Below, one piece after another: positions 1 through 12,447 of a stretch of 64,000 bases of DNA. The notes under the pieces are model-generated. The model did no database searches. It had not been told where the DNA came from and saw only the letters and a list, made by a program, of their open reading frames with translations. The position numbers were made by a program, and so were the translations under genes. Origin of the DNA: Camelus ferus (Eukaryota); contig NC_045697.1 in assembly GCF_009834535.1 (NCBI RefSeq), positions 63,924,001 through 63,988,000 on the forward strand, written 5' to 3'. Positions within the stretch are counted from its first letter, which is position 1. Each line of letters opens with the position of its first letter.

Positions 1-1224
1 TCTTGACAATCTCTAGTTTAATGTAACTTAGTCTCATAAATGAAAACACACTGACAGTCTCAGATTATGCAATCTCTTCTGTGCATTAAGGAAGAAACCT
101 TTTCTACCTGTGACTGGTACCATAAAACTTATTACCCGAGGGCTAAGTCTACCCCTTCTGATCCCAGGAGTCTTTAAAAAAAAAAAAAAGGGGGAGAGAT
201 GGGACATAAAGTCAGGACAGGCTTTAGAAACATTCAGAATTCCACAATATAAGTTGTGAGTTGTGCTTTTGCCCTCAAGGAGATACAGGCTTATTTGTAT
301 CCACTAAGTTTTTTACAGTAAACCGAAATGTTTGTAAAATGAGATGAATATATTTAAAATTACCTTTGACATATTTCTGTATGTATCTGTGTATCTGTAT
401 GGCTTTTGATCAGTTGAGGTGTTTATTAAAAGTATAACCAAGTCTTTGTATACATCAAGAACTTGGTGCTTCAACAAGACAAGCTTGAACATCCTTTCTT
501 ATCATACTACTTAAACTTGGAAAGATGCACTAAAGGTTTATTTCTCCTAATCTTCTAAAAGGCACAGCATATACAATTTTAACCATAGCTAAGACAACCT
601 CATGCCACAGTGCATCAGCACAACCTCCTGACTTGGCTCTCTCTTCAAATTGCCCATATCGTATAAGCTTGTCTGACCATAGACAAAAACAGAATTTGTT
701 CCAAGACCCAGATACAGTATGACTTAGCTTCCTTTACCTTTTCTAGTAATACATTGCAAATATCATTCTCCTTCTGATGCAGTATCTCCTTTCTCCATTC
801 CACTGCTCTTTAAAAAAAAAAAAAACTTTTTAGCTTATTAATAGTTTAATTCTCAAAATAGATATTCTATTGTATCAACAGAATCAAGTCATCACACAAA
901 AACTTAGGGGAGTTACCTTTTACATGGCTAACAACATTTAAAAACTATATTTAAATTCACTTAATTAGTTTCCCTCAAAGGTCCAATAAACATAATGAAA
1001 AAGATAAAGGAGTTAATTTATTCAATCCTCTACGTGGAAGGTAATGGATTCTCATGAATAGCAGTATCTAAATTTGAACTTACACACTCTGAGAGAAACG
1101 ACAGCAGGCATGATTGTAAAGTAAAATAGCGAGGCCATTTGTCAATATGAAGCTAGGAAAGGTGAATTTTTCCCAAAATAGTTCCTATTACATGGAGTTA
1201 TAGTATATGTATATTTTTTAATTT

Positions 1225-1510
1225 AAAAATCTTACTGGCTTTATTTAACGATTTATAAATCAAGCAACATCCATCTTAGCAGATAGAAGCTCTGAGGAGC
1301 TATACAAAATTAAAGACCTTTATAGGCAAAAGGGAGTTGAAATAAAGAAGTTATGCTAGGCAAAGAAACAAGTTGGTTATTGCAAGGTTACTTTCCATTA
1401 GGGAATGGCAGAGGTCTATCAGGCAGATTATTTTAATTATTAATTATTTAATCAGCAGATTCCCAATTGACTGTTAGAAGATTCCATTTCTAGGGGAGTG
1501 GAGTTCCAGT
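1225..1510 (-). mobile_element. ERV1-class LTR fragment
   Basis: Reverse-oriented poly(A) signal (tttatt) and TATA (tttata), in sequence resembling laurasiatherian ERV1 LTRs (gctctgaggagctatacaaaa...tttataggcaaaaggg). Boundaries approximate. Confidence 0.6.
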
Positions 1511-2259
1511 ATATTAATGAAGCAGGGTTTGAATCCTCAGGTAAAGTAAAAATAATTACATAGAAGTTTGGGAAAGACAACTGGGGAAAGTATCAGTTTG
1601 CTTTGCTGGCCTGCAGGCACAAACATTGAAACCTTTTGTACTTTTGCTTTGAGATCTTTTTTATTTGCTGTTTGGAACTTTATATAAATTCATATAGGAA
1701 AAAAAATAGGATTTTGTGTATGTGATTGTGGCAAATAGGGAAGAAAATGTTGTAAGCCACCTTCTCCCAGTGCCCAGACATTTCATTCTGTTGCAAATGA
1801 TAAAGAATATTCACTTACTGAGGATGAGTACAAAGTCCAATCAGATAGTAACTGTGTGTTGAACTTTTTAAAGACATTCTTCATCTGAGAGAGCCCACTA
1901 GTTAATTCTTCAAACTTCTCTAACCATTTCTTTCTCTCTTTCTCTCTGTCTCTGTCTCTCTTTCTCTCTTTTTTCCGCTAATCCTTTCTCTTAATGTTAC
2001 CTCAAGTTTTTTTCAGGGACACCTGACTGTTAAAGGCAGTAGATTAAAACAATGTGATACCAAATATGAGATGTTTATTTGTATCTACCCAGACATTACT
2101 CCTTTTAAATACCTCAATATTGGAGCAGATTCTTTGAATTTATGATTCTGTTTCAATAAATTAAATTTTACTGGAGCTATTCTATGATATAGACAATACT
2201 GAAACTTTAAAACAGCTCAGGACAAATAGTTCAGTTTTATCTTTTAGAACCAACTACTG

Positions 2260-2357
2260 CTGCTTTGGGGCTACAACTGCAGAGTTGAGGAGTTTAAGAT
2301 AGAAACCATAAATACTTACTATCTTGTTCTATAAAAGAAAAAGTTTGCTAATCCCCA
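2260..2357. mobile_element. MER58-like hAT-Charlie MITE fragment
   Basis: gcagagttgaggagtt...aatacttactatct...agaaaaagtttgctaatcccc resembles the MER58 terminus. Confidence 0.65.
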
Positions 2358-3099
2358 TTATACTTTATATGTTCCTATTTGAAAATGGGGGACAAGGTTA
2401 AAATATACAGAGAGAAGATAAAGGAGCATAACCTGAATATTTCTTATTGTTACATTATAGGAAATTGTTGTCATCTTGAGGGACAACTATCAGGCACCAT
2501 GCAGAGTGATTTTCACATTTATAAGTCACAAAGAGTACAAATGTCTGTAATGGATCTCAGGATTAGACTCAATTTTAAAATCCCCAAATTGCCGCAGGAA
2601 GATTATGGAGGGTGAGTGAGGGAACATACAGTTTTTGTTAAAGAACCAGCTTTGGCTCACAGTGGGTAATCTATTCCTGTTCTAGTTGCTGTAGCTAAAG
2701 TAAAATTTTTTGTTCAAGTTTCCAACTGCTGTATAATGGATATTTGCCCTAACTATTGCTGGTTAATTTATTCTTTTGTGGGAGAGAATCCCAATGAGTC
2801 ACTGTAAATAAATGATGTGAAATTGGATTTTTTTCTGGAGGATGGAAAACATAATACCTAGGTCTATAAAAAATATTTGTAGGTTGGCTCAGTGAAGCTA
2901 TAGTTGTTGGAAATGTATTGCGGGTAACCTATCTTACTTTTTGGAAACTGCTAAAGTAAATGAGGTAACAATTAGCATGTTTAAAAAAAATCAATAAATG
3001 TTTCTATTGTATATTTCTTGAGATTAGAATGCAATATGATAGCAAGTTATATTTTTCAAATATGTTTCTGAAAGGATTTGGAAATAATCAAAAAAAATT

Positions 3100-4900
3100 T
3101 TTGGAATAAATGCTTTTAGGATAACAGATTATCATTTGGAGTAAGATAAAATTAGATACATTCCTCACACCATGCATAAGTATAAACTCAAAATGAATCA
3201 GAGAACTAAGTGTAAATAATGAAATGATACATTCTAGAAGAAAACAAGGGCATATTCCTATGGAATCTGGGTGTAAGGAAATGCATTCTAAATTGATTCA
3301 GTATTCAAATGTAATAAAATTAAAGATGGCTAAATTTCACTAGATAGAAATAAAAACTTGTGTGTGACAAAATTCACCCTATGTCAAAAGACAAAAATTG
3401 GGAGAAGATATTCACAAAAGGTATAAATAGAGAATTTCCCCAAATGATTTCAAAATTGCTCTAAAATATGTAAAAAGATTCAACTTTATTCATAAAAAGA
3501 GAAATGAAAAGTAAAACTATATTGAGATACCCATGATATTGGCAAAACTTCAAAAAAGTTAAAAATACACTGGCAAAATTGTGAGAAAACAGACATTCTC
3601 ATACGTTGCAGGTGAGAATTAAAAATTGGTAAAAAAAAAAAAAATATGGAAAGGAATTTGGCCGTATCTAAGAAAACTACATGGGCATTTATCTTTCAAT
3701 CCAGCAAACCTAATTCTAGGAATTTGTCCTGAAGATACATGCCCAGACTTTCAAAGATACATACATACAAGATTATTCATTGAAGCATTATCTGTAGTTA
3801 TAAAATATTAGAAATTATTAAAATATTCAAACATAGGCAATTAGTTGAATAAACTATGATAAATACATACAATGGAGCTTTAGGTATTTGTAAAAAAGAA
3901 TGAAAAAGATATCCATGAACTGGTGTGGTGTGATTTTCCAATAATAATGTTAAGTGGAAAAGCAAAATTCAAGAGAGAATATATATTGTTAACTTTGAAG
4001 TTAAAAAAAGAAAAGAGGAAGTAAATAAAAAGCACAGTCATTCCTTGGTATCTGCAGGGCACTAGTTCTGGGAATCCCACCTTGGATACTAAAATTCAAG
4101 GATGCTCATGTCCCTTATATAAAATGGTGTATTTGCATATGATGGAAGCACATCCTCCCTAATACTTTACATCATCTCTAGATTACTTAAAATACTTAAT
4201 ACAGTGTAAATGCAATGTCAATAGTTGCCTACGTACAGCAAATTCAAGTTTGGCTGTTTGGAACTTTCTGGAAAGTTCCTTTTTTTTTCCTGAGTACTTT
4301 CAGTCTGCTGTTAGTTGAATCCATGGATGTGGAAACTGCAGATAAAGAGGGCCAACCATATCTGCTTATTCGAATAAAAAGAAATATGTGAAGGCTGAGT
4401 CAGTACAAGTGGATGGAATGTGGCCTAGGAGGAATAGGGGAGGGAGTGATACTTCTGAGTATACTTTTCTTTATAGTTTTCACTTTTAGATGGAGGGTAA
4501 TGTTCTATATATTCAAACAATAAATACAATGATTTGAATAAATGGATGTATAAGTAAAGATGTGGAGTGAAAAAACCTAAAACACAGTTGTAGTCATATG
4601 AATAGCATAAGCAAATTGAAAGATAAAATTTCAAAATAAAATAAAAAGCTAATTTGAGTAACTTTTGACTTTGTATTTGACTATATTGTTGTCCCCATGA
4701 CGTGAAGGAGTAGTTGATAAAAAAGCTTTTTTAGGGAATTTGCTTATATTAGTGTTGAAGTAGTACTGAAATTCTGAGATTATTTTATGTGTAATTTGGA
4801 AGATGGGAGATAATAATAGAAAATAGAGAAACATAAGGAAAGACCCCATGAAATAGATTGGTATTAAAGTTATCATTCATATATGATATATATTGTGATT
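3100..4900 (+). mobile_element. Old L1M LINE (ORF2 3' end and 3' UTR), interrupted by MER2
   Basis: A-rich + strand with L1 ORF2-end motifs (aaattagatacattcctcacaccat, ccagcaaacctaattctaggaatttgtcct, ttcattgaagcattat). Heavily decayed. Confidence 0.75.
4035..4358 (+). mobile_element. MER2-family TcMar-Tigger DNA transposon fossil
   Basis: Degenerate TIRs cagtcattccttggtatctgc ... gcagataaagagggccaacc; the internal text aaggatgctcatgtcccttatataaaatggtgtatttgcata and catctctagattactt matches the MER2 consensus. Confidence 0.9.
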
Positions 4901-4979
4901 ATTTATAGACAAATATACAAGTATATTCACATGTATAAATACATATTTGCTTCTAGGGTCCTTCAGTGAACAGATTCCC

Positions 4980-5185
4980 AGAGCACCTTCTGTATATTTC
5001 TATTAATCACTTATTGTGATATAAGTATTTGCTAATGTCTCTGGTCTATCACTTGCCAATGAAATCCATGAAAGCAAATGTTATGTTTTATAATCTTTGT
5101 ATTCTTAGAACCTAGTGTTTGCCTGGAACATAACAGAATTCAAGTAAATATTAGTATTAAATGATCTGAATAAATGAATGAGACT
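4980..5185 (+). mobile_element. L2 LINE 3' end
   Basis: cctagtgtttgcctggaacata...caagtaaatatt...tgaataaatgaatga is the typical L2 3' terminus. Confidence 0.7.
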
Positions 5186-5399
5186 TATACTTACTTGAGA
5201 CAGAAAGGATAGAGGAGTCTGAGATATATTGTGACTAGTTTTATTTAAAGATTCCAAAACTGTCTCAACTTAATGTGGAGTTGTTGAGCCCTCGTGTCAT
5301 CTCTGCAGCTCCGTTATGTTGTTTATTTACCTCTTTAGACATTGTGTATCCTTGAATGTTCTCTCAAGTTGAATAGACTGGAAAGTCCTTGGATCCTAC

Positions 5400-5995
5400 T
5401 TGCAGAAGACCTCTTTATCCACTCATTCCTCTCACAGCTTTTACCTTAGTCCAAGGCCTTTTACTCCGGAGGTTTTGTAACAGCCTCCTGTTTCTTCCCC
5501 CAACTCCTGCTCCTCACTTACTAACAACCTGCTCCATTGAACATCCAGTTAATAGATCCCTGTTAGGTTAATCTTCAAAAAAATACCACATTACATTTTC
5601 TGCTCAGAGACTTCTTATCGTCCACTACCCCTAAATACCAATCTTTCATGGAGAACTAGCGTGCTCATCCCTCAGTGCTCGTCTGTTGATTTCTCACTTA
5701 CACCTTCATTCCCACTGTTTATTATGCCTGAAATCATCTCCCTTCTCCCTATGATTTTTAACTTTACACCTTTTTTTTCAAGGACTGTCTCATTCTTTGT
5801 GGTCACTTCTTTTTCTCTAGAACTATAGATCTCTTGCATTCACATGGTATTGTTATATTATTTATAATTATTCTTTTACTTTACTTCTTCATGTAGTTGT
5901 GAGTTGAGCTCAGTGAATATAGTTGAATCTCTTTTCATCAGTGGACTGAAATTAGAGCCCACGCTGTAGTAGATGTTGAATAAATATATGTTAAT
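5400..5995 (+). mobile_element. L2 LINE fragments
   Basis: Pyrimidine-rich L2-like text (ccttagtccaaggcc, gtaacagcctcctg) ending in tgttgaataaat. Confidence 0.55.
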
Positions 5996-8900
5996 GGTAG
6001 AGTTATATTTATGATAAATTGTAATTTTAAAAAAGATTATTGAAAGTAATTCTCTCAACAGAAATGGTGATCGTTTCTTAATTTGATTATATATTTTATT
6101 AAATTCCTAATTAATGATACAGTGTATTTGGATAAGTGTTAAAATGGATCAGTTTTATCTGTCCAAAATTGGTTTGGTAAACACTTTGTTTAAAGTGCAC
6201 TTTTTAAGAAATGGTGCCACATCTCCAATGCCTAAAAAGAAATATCTCTTAAGAAAATCTTCTTCTTTATGTTTGTTTGCTTATATCCACAACTTTAAAA
6301 GTGAATAAATATGGGTATGTGCAAACAAAATGCTTCCATAAATAATACAAGAATCACTTTTGGAGTGTGTGCATGCATAAGCTGGTTGTTGAAACAATGT
6401 AGCAGTCCATCCATAAATTTCTGTGCTCTCAGAAAGGCTGTTTAAACACATTACTAAAAATTCTCCTCTCATAGTGGTGATGACTAAGTCCATGTGTCTA
6501 GAATTCACTTTACTGAACACCTATGCAACAGTGATGTGATTATGTTCAGGGGGATTGAAATGAAGACCATGATTAAATAGGGATAGCTGTGGATTCCTTC
6601 TTTTAAGCAATGGTAAACATTGCCAACATACACACTAAGATTTATATGATGCATTATTCTTCTAATTATGATTGTGCTGCATATGATCATAAGAGCAAAA
6701 ACATTACCATAATGAGTTATAATATGCAGAACAATATTCTATACCAGTGGTGAAGCAACGACAAGTTTAAACATGTGTTATTTTAAAGCCATACACTTAT
6801 ATTTAAATAGGTATTAGATAACTTCCTATATGTCCTTAAATCTTTGGTAATTAATGAATACATATATCTTTTGATCTAGGTAAGAGAAGAAAAACTAAAA
6901 TAGTATATGTTTATATATCAAACACATAAATGAACTAAAATAATTTCTTTCATTTGCATTAACTTTTTAAAAAGCTTCTAACTAGTAGAAGTTACCTAAA
7001 TTAGAAGTGGTATAGCATTCAAGCCCTATACTTAAGTACTTAATAATTTCATCCAATTTTTAAACCATATTTATTTTGTTCTTGTATAGTACACCTGGAT
7101 CTTATGACCATTTTCTGAACCTTCTTCCATCTTTAAGTTCTTCCCTACCCGATCACCCTGATTTCTATAAGGCATTTCAATCAAATATCAGTGTTACACA
7201 TCTATTTTCAAGTAAAGGACACATCAGCTCCTGTTAACATATATCTGTAGATATCAGAAAAGGATGTAGAAAGATACATGATCTCTTTTTAACTGTTTCT
7301 GTGTAAAAGCAAACTGAAAGAGAGGCTGAAGAATTTCTCAGATTCCCTATTTTAAAAAGTATTCCTTGCATAATCTTTTTCCCACAAAATTACGCTTTCT
7401 TCTTTGACATTTTCAGGTTTATCTTATTTTTAACTTCAGTATTAATATTCATAGAAACATTAATATTTAGGACAATACCCTAATACTTTAGGAGTTCACT
7501 TAATACTTCTAATATTAAAATGTTAATAACTTTATTCTATTATGTGTCTCTGATATTGTACTGAGAAAACAAAAAGACAAGAAAGTAATTATAGGGTAAC
7601 AGTGATTTAAAAGTGGACCTAAAAATAGATGCTAAGTTATTTACACTTTTTCTTGCTTTTGAACTATGTATCAGCATATTTATTTTCAATGACATAATAT
7701 TAACTTTATATTACTGAGTTAATTATTTATATAAAATTTGACCATCAAAGAAACATGAAGGATGCTTAATAATTTCATTTAATTAAAGATAGGATTATCC
7801 CACTAATTAAGAATTTGGATGATAAGGCATTAATTAGGTTTGTTACTTCTGCTTAAATTATGATTTGTATTAATTAAAATTACATAGTTATTTTGGCATT
7901 ATCTTCCATATTTCTTAAATTCCATCTACAAAATTCTGCTAATGTCTTTCTATTCTAACTTACTAATCTACTTAGACTTATTTAAAGTTTCTGCGAATAC
8001 TACCTCATATGGGAGTTGAAAAATAAGCAAATTCTTCCCCATAGTACAACTGTTACTTTTAGCTATCAACACATGTCTCACGGTTTCCTTCGTTGGATTC
8101 ATTAGTTCATTCATTCTGCTTTGCTCAAGGCAAAACCAACTTACATATATTTACTATGCACTTCTTTAAGTGTTGGTATATCAGTTAGTTTTGAATGATC
8201 TGCTGCACTAGTTATCTTGGAATATGACTGTTACTCACCATAATCTAAGTTCCAAGAAGTCAGCAGCCATATTTGTCTGGCTCATTCCTATATTTCCAGC
8301 ATCAACCATGGTGTCTGTTAAGTGGGGTTCTCTTTGGCATATTGGTGATGATACATGTCAAATGGTTGCTTATATACATATGGTTGTGCTATGCTAGTAT
8401 ATTTATATATATTATATATGATTTCATATGTGTAATGTGAAATCAATATACAGTTAGTGATAAGAATCATTTTATTGGATTTATTCAAAGCTTATAGTGC
8501 TTTTTATTTTCGTTGCATGGGAACATCTACACCCTCCATGTTGCCATCCAGTTAAGATTTACCAGTGATTTTTATGCTGCCAGCATATTATGAATCTCCA
8601 GAAACTGAGGAGAGTTTCCTAAAATATTTGTTAATTATTTATATTTTGATAGATTGTCTGCACTTTCTAGGAAGAGGGAAATTACTATAGAAAGCTGCCA
8701 AAAAAAAAAAAAAAAAAAAAAGAGTGATCAGTAAGGAAAGAATCAGATGACTAATGCTGTTTACCTTGATTTCAGAAGCTGATTTCTAGAATAAGTAAGT
8801 TTTCCTGGATATAAAAACACATTTATCAGGAGTTTATCATAAAACAATTCTGAAAATATTTTCTAAGGATATATATCATTAACTACATTATACTAGATGA

Positions 8901-9928
8901 TAAATAAGAATGATACTTGTTTAATTTCACACTCCTTGCTTATTATAAATAAATTATAAATAACAAAAATTTTAACTGTGTTTATACAACATTTTAAAAT
9001 TCAAATGAATGTGAGTTTACATTTTTTTCATTGATGTAATTCCTAACTAAATTACTGGTGTTATTTGACAAAATAGCATGCAGAAGAAACTATATATATT
9101 TTCCTCATGAATAAAAGAGAAGATGAAATTCAAATATATAATTGTCTATATAATTGGGATATAATTGTCTTTCTGAAAATGAATGAGAATTAACTTTTCC
9201 TTTATACATGTATATCTTTTCTAGTGTATATAATTCAGTTTAGATCTTTGGCCATGTAGTCTTTTTATCACTCTGATTTCCCCTACTTAGTCTCAGAAAT
9301 GTGTTTATTATTTCAGTACCAATAGTTATGTTCCACCACTCACAAAGTCATTTCCTTACTAATTATCTATGTTATAGTAGAGCTGTGTAAAGAAATGCAA
9401 AAATTATGTACTAATTTGTAGATATTAATAATGATCAAGTTTAAAGGTTACTAATAATAAAGAAAATATAGTAGGCTAAATTAACCAAATTAATTGGCAA
9501 TATTAAATACACACACACAAATTTACTATACAAATTAAATTATTTTCTCTTTTGTTTCTTTGTGATATCTACTTCTTTTCTATATGAACTTGGACAGGAG
9601 TAACTTCAAATTAAATTATACAACTAATTTCATAAAGATTTCTAGCAATTGTACAGTGCAGTCCAAGATGAAACTATTGAACATAACATAACTGATCCAT
9701 ATTTATATATGTAATAGGGATGTTTCAAATAATAATTGTATGAATAGCTGAGTTTTTCATTTAGAGTTACATTAGCTTAATTGCATCATTACACAGTGAT
9801 TACATATGAAGCAAGCATGTGTTTTGCTAGAGAATTTGGAATTTGTTTATATTTAGACATTACTATGGGGATGGGTAAATGATAATAAACTTGTATGTTC
9901 TGACTTATTTCATAGGTCATCACAATGC

Positions 9929-10336
9929 TGTTGACCTAAGACAAAAAGATTGCCTGTTAATTCTCCTACTAAAAATAGGTTTTTGAGATTAGCAAAAAAT
10001 TACATTTTGAGGTCTGCAACCATGGTGAGTCATATGCAAGTCTTCACACACACACACACACACCCCCCACAGGGAAGGAGAACTCTTCGAGAGGTGAAAA
10101 AGGAAGTTGGGAGGGCTTTAATAAAGAGTCCACTGGAAGAACTGAGAATTTGAAGCATAGTGACTTGAAATTGGCTGAGTTGTGACAGTCTCTCATTGGC
10201 TGAGCTCTTGCCAGGCAAGTAGAGGAAGCCTTTCTTCTTCCTCTTGGGCTATGCTATTGTGGCAGAGTGTGAAAGCTCTCCTTGAATGTTTCCTGGCTCT
10301 GTTTAACTGATGTTTCTGTTTATTATTTTGTTTACA
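9929..10336 (-). mobile_element. Solo ERV1-class LTR
   Basis: TG...CA termini (tgttgacc ... tgtttaca), ~410 bp, two reverse CCAAT boxes (attggctgag x2), internal (CA)n. Confidence 0.75.
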
Positions 10337-10395
10337 GTATAAATAGGAGTTTGCCACATTTTTGTAGTATATTAAGAGGCAGACATAGAAGAAAC

Positions 10396-10595
10396 CAGTG
10401 ATTCTCTAATTTGAGTGCATTAGAATCACCAAAGGGCTTGTTTAATGCAATAAATATATTGATTGCTTGATGCCATCCTGGAGTGTTTGATTCAGCTCTC
10501 TGATACGAGGGGTGAGATAATGCAAGTCTAAAAATTTTTCAAGTTTTGTTGATGCTGCCGGTTTGAGATCAAGATCACATTTTGCAAACCAATGG
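10396..10595. mobile_element. MER5A hAT-Charlie MITE
   Basis: cagtgattctc...gcattagaatcacc...gggcttgttt...gatgctgccggt...cacattttgcaaaccaatg matches the MER5A consensus and its TIRs. Confidence 0.8.
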
Positions 10596-11187
10596 AGTGA
10601 ATAATTTATAATTTTCTATTAAAATGAGCACGAAATTATTTCTGCCCAGGAAATCTGAATCATGGATAGGGCCAACAGCCTTAACATTTTCACATTAAAA
10701 GAAGTTGACTCCTAAATCTGGGTATTGATATTACTGATATTCTAAACAGACATTAAATGACACATGATAGGGAACTGTCTATTCAACTATTTCTTTCTAA
10801 CATAGAAAATCTTGAGTTTAAAATAATTAATCAAAATTAGAAAAGACACTCCAAATTTGTTGGATTCTTTTCAGAAAAAAGTGGAGTACTTTCTGCATTA
10901 TACATGAAATTCAGAGAATATCAGTAAAAATTAAAATCTATATTGAGTAGCTCTTGCTGAACTAAAACAGGTACTTCTAAATGTTAAATGCCCGTGATGG
11001 AATATTTAGATAAAAATCTGTATTTATTTTCACTACATTATATTTTATAATGAAATCTACTTTTAAGGATCCAGATTCAGAAAACTATCATCAAAAAATA
11101 ACTTTAAGACAAATGAATATTTGTCATTAATCTTAAGAGATGCTAGAGAAATTTGATTTGTGATGGTAAAATTTGAAGCAAGTGTGC

Positions 11188-11433
11188 TCTTGCAAACACC
11201 TGAGTGCTATTCAGCTTAATTGGGTTATAGCTCATGCTGATTGTGTTTTTCCCCTGCTGTATCTAATTTCTTTTCCCCCCAATATTTTATTGTTTGGTTT
11301 TGGTTTTGAAGGTGTATAGAAATTAAAGCACTCTAATTTTTTAAGAGCCCTGAAGGGAAGTATGCTTTTGTGTTAGTCATTCTTGTGAACACCTGTGCAC
11401 TGTTGAATTTAATTGGGTTACAGCTGGTGCTGA
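11188..11433 (+). repeat. Dispersed direct repeat: two 53-bp copies (11188-11240, 11381-11433)
   Basis: Manual ungapped alignment gives 41/53 identity; both copies keep aacacctg, ttaattgggtta and tgctga. Confidence 0.85.
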
Positions 11434-12214
11434 GGGAGAGTCAACTAAATGAGTTTGCAGACTGACTAGAAACTTGACATTTTTTTTTTCTTCCTTTGAT
11501 TTTTCTTTCAATACATTTGCAAGGTGCTTGGATCTGAAAGATTTTGTTAGTAAATTGAATGGCGTTCTTATGATCCATGATTAGTATAGCAGCTGAGATA
11601 CTTCATGGTGATGACCTCAGAAAAAGTGTACCTCCATTCTGAGACCATATAGTCTCTCAAAATAAGGGGATCCTAACCTCAAAAACCATCTGGTCTACTT
11701 GTTCCCAGTACTTGAAGAACATTTAATATTATATTTAGATTTTGAGAGTTTAGCCTTACAATAATATGAAGGTTTTCAGGGGAAAAATACAAAGCATTGA
11801 AATGGAAGGTTTAATAAATTATGAAATATTATAAATACTGCTAGCAAAGTAAATGAGGCTAAAATGTATTGAGAGGTAATTATTTTTAAATATCTCAAGA
11901 CTATCATTAGACTAAGTGTCTAAGTATGGCCAATAACAATAATCTATTTCAAATCATTGTTAAAGGTAGATAGATCAGTTTGGCAATTCCTTTAGAAAGA
12001 CTTACTGCAGCTCTGTATTCTATTAAGTCAGTACCTATACGGCTTTAAATAAGTTCAGCAGGTAAATACTGAATGTGTAAAGCTCATTTTGGAACTAAGG
12101 GTAGGTGGTAATAGAGTGGTACTTCATAGCACCAAACATTAGAACCACTAATTAGATCAATGGTTTTAGAGAAAACCTTTTTTGTCTTGTTATTTCATGA
12201 AAGTTTACACATTT

Positions 12215-12447
12215 TTTAAACCTTTTTTATTGATTTGTTATCATCTTACAATGTTGTGTCAAATTCCAGTGTAGAGCACAATTTTTCAGTTATACATGAA
12301 CATATATATATTCACTGTCACATTTTTTTCTCTGTGAGCTACCATGAGATCTTGTGTATATTCCCTGTGCTATACAGTATAATCTTGTTTATCTGTTCTA
12401 CAGTTTTGAAATCCCATCTATCCCTTCCCACCCTCTGCCCCCTTGGC
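12215..12447 (-). mobile_element. 5'-truncated young L1 3' end (camelid-type)
   Basis: T-rich tail followed by ttacaatgttgtgtcaaattccagtgtagagcac...ccctgtgctatacagt; 15-bp TSD aaagtttaca(c/g)attt at 12200-12214 and 12448-12462 with one mismatch. Confidence 0.9.

Noticed and set aside
6471..6524. Box C/D snoRNA (gtgatga...ctga with weak terminal stem)
   Set aside because: Only ~40 nt from C box to D box, and no recognisable rRNA/snRNA guide.
11605..11648. Box C/D snoRNA-like motif with atggt/accat stem
   Set aside because: Too short, the stem overlaps the C box, and such motifs are expected by chance.
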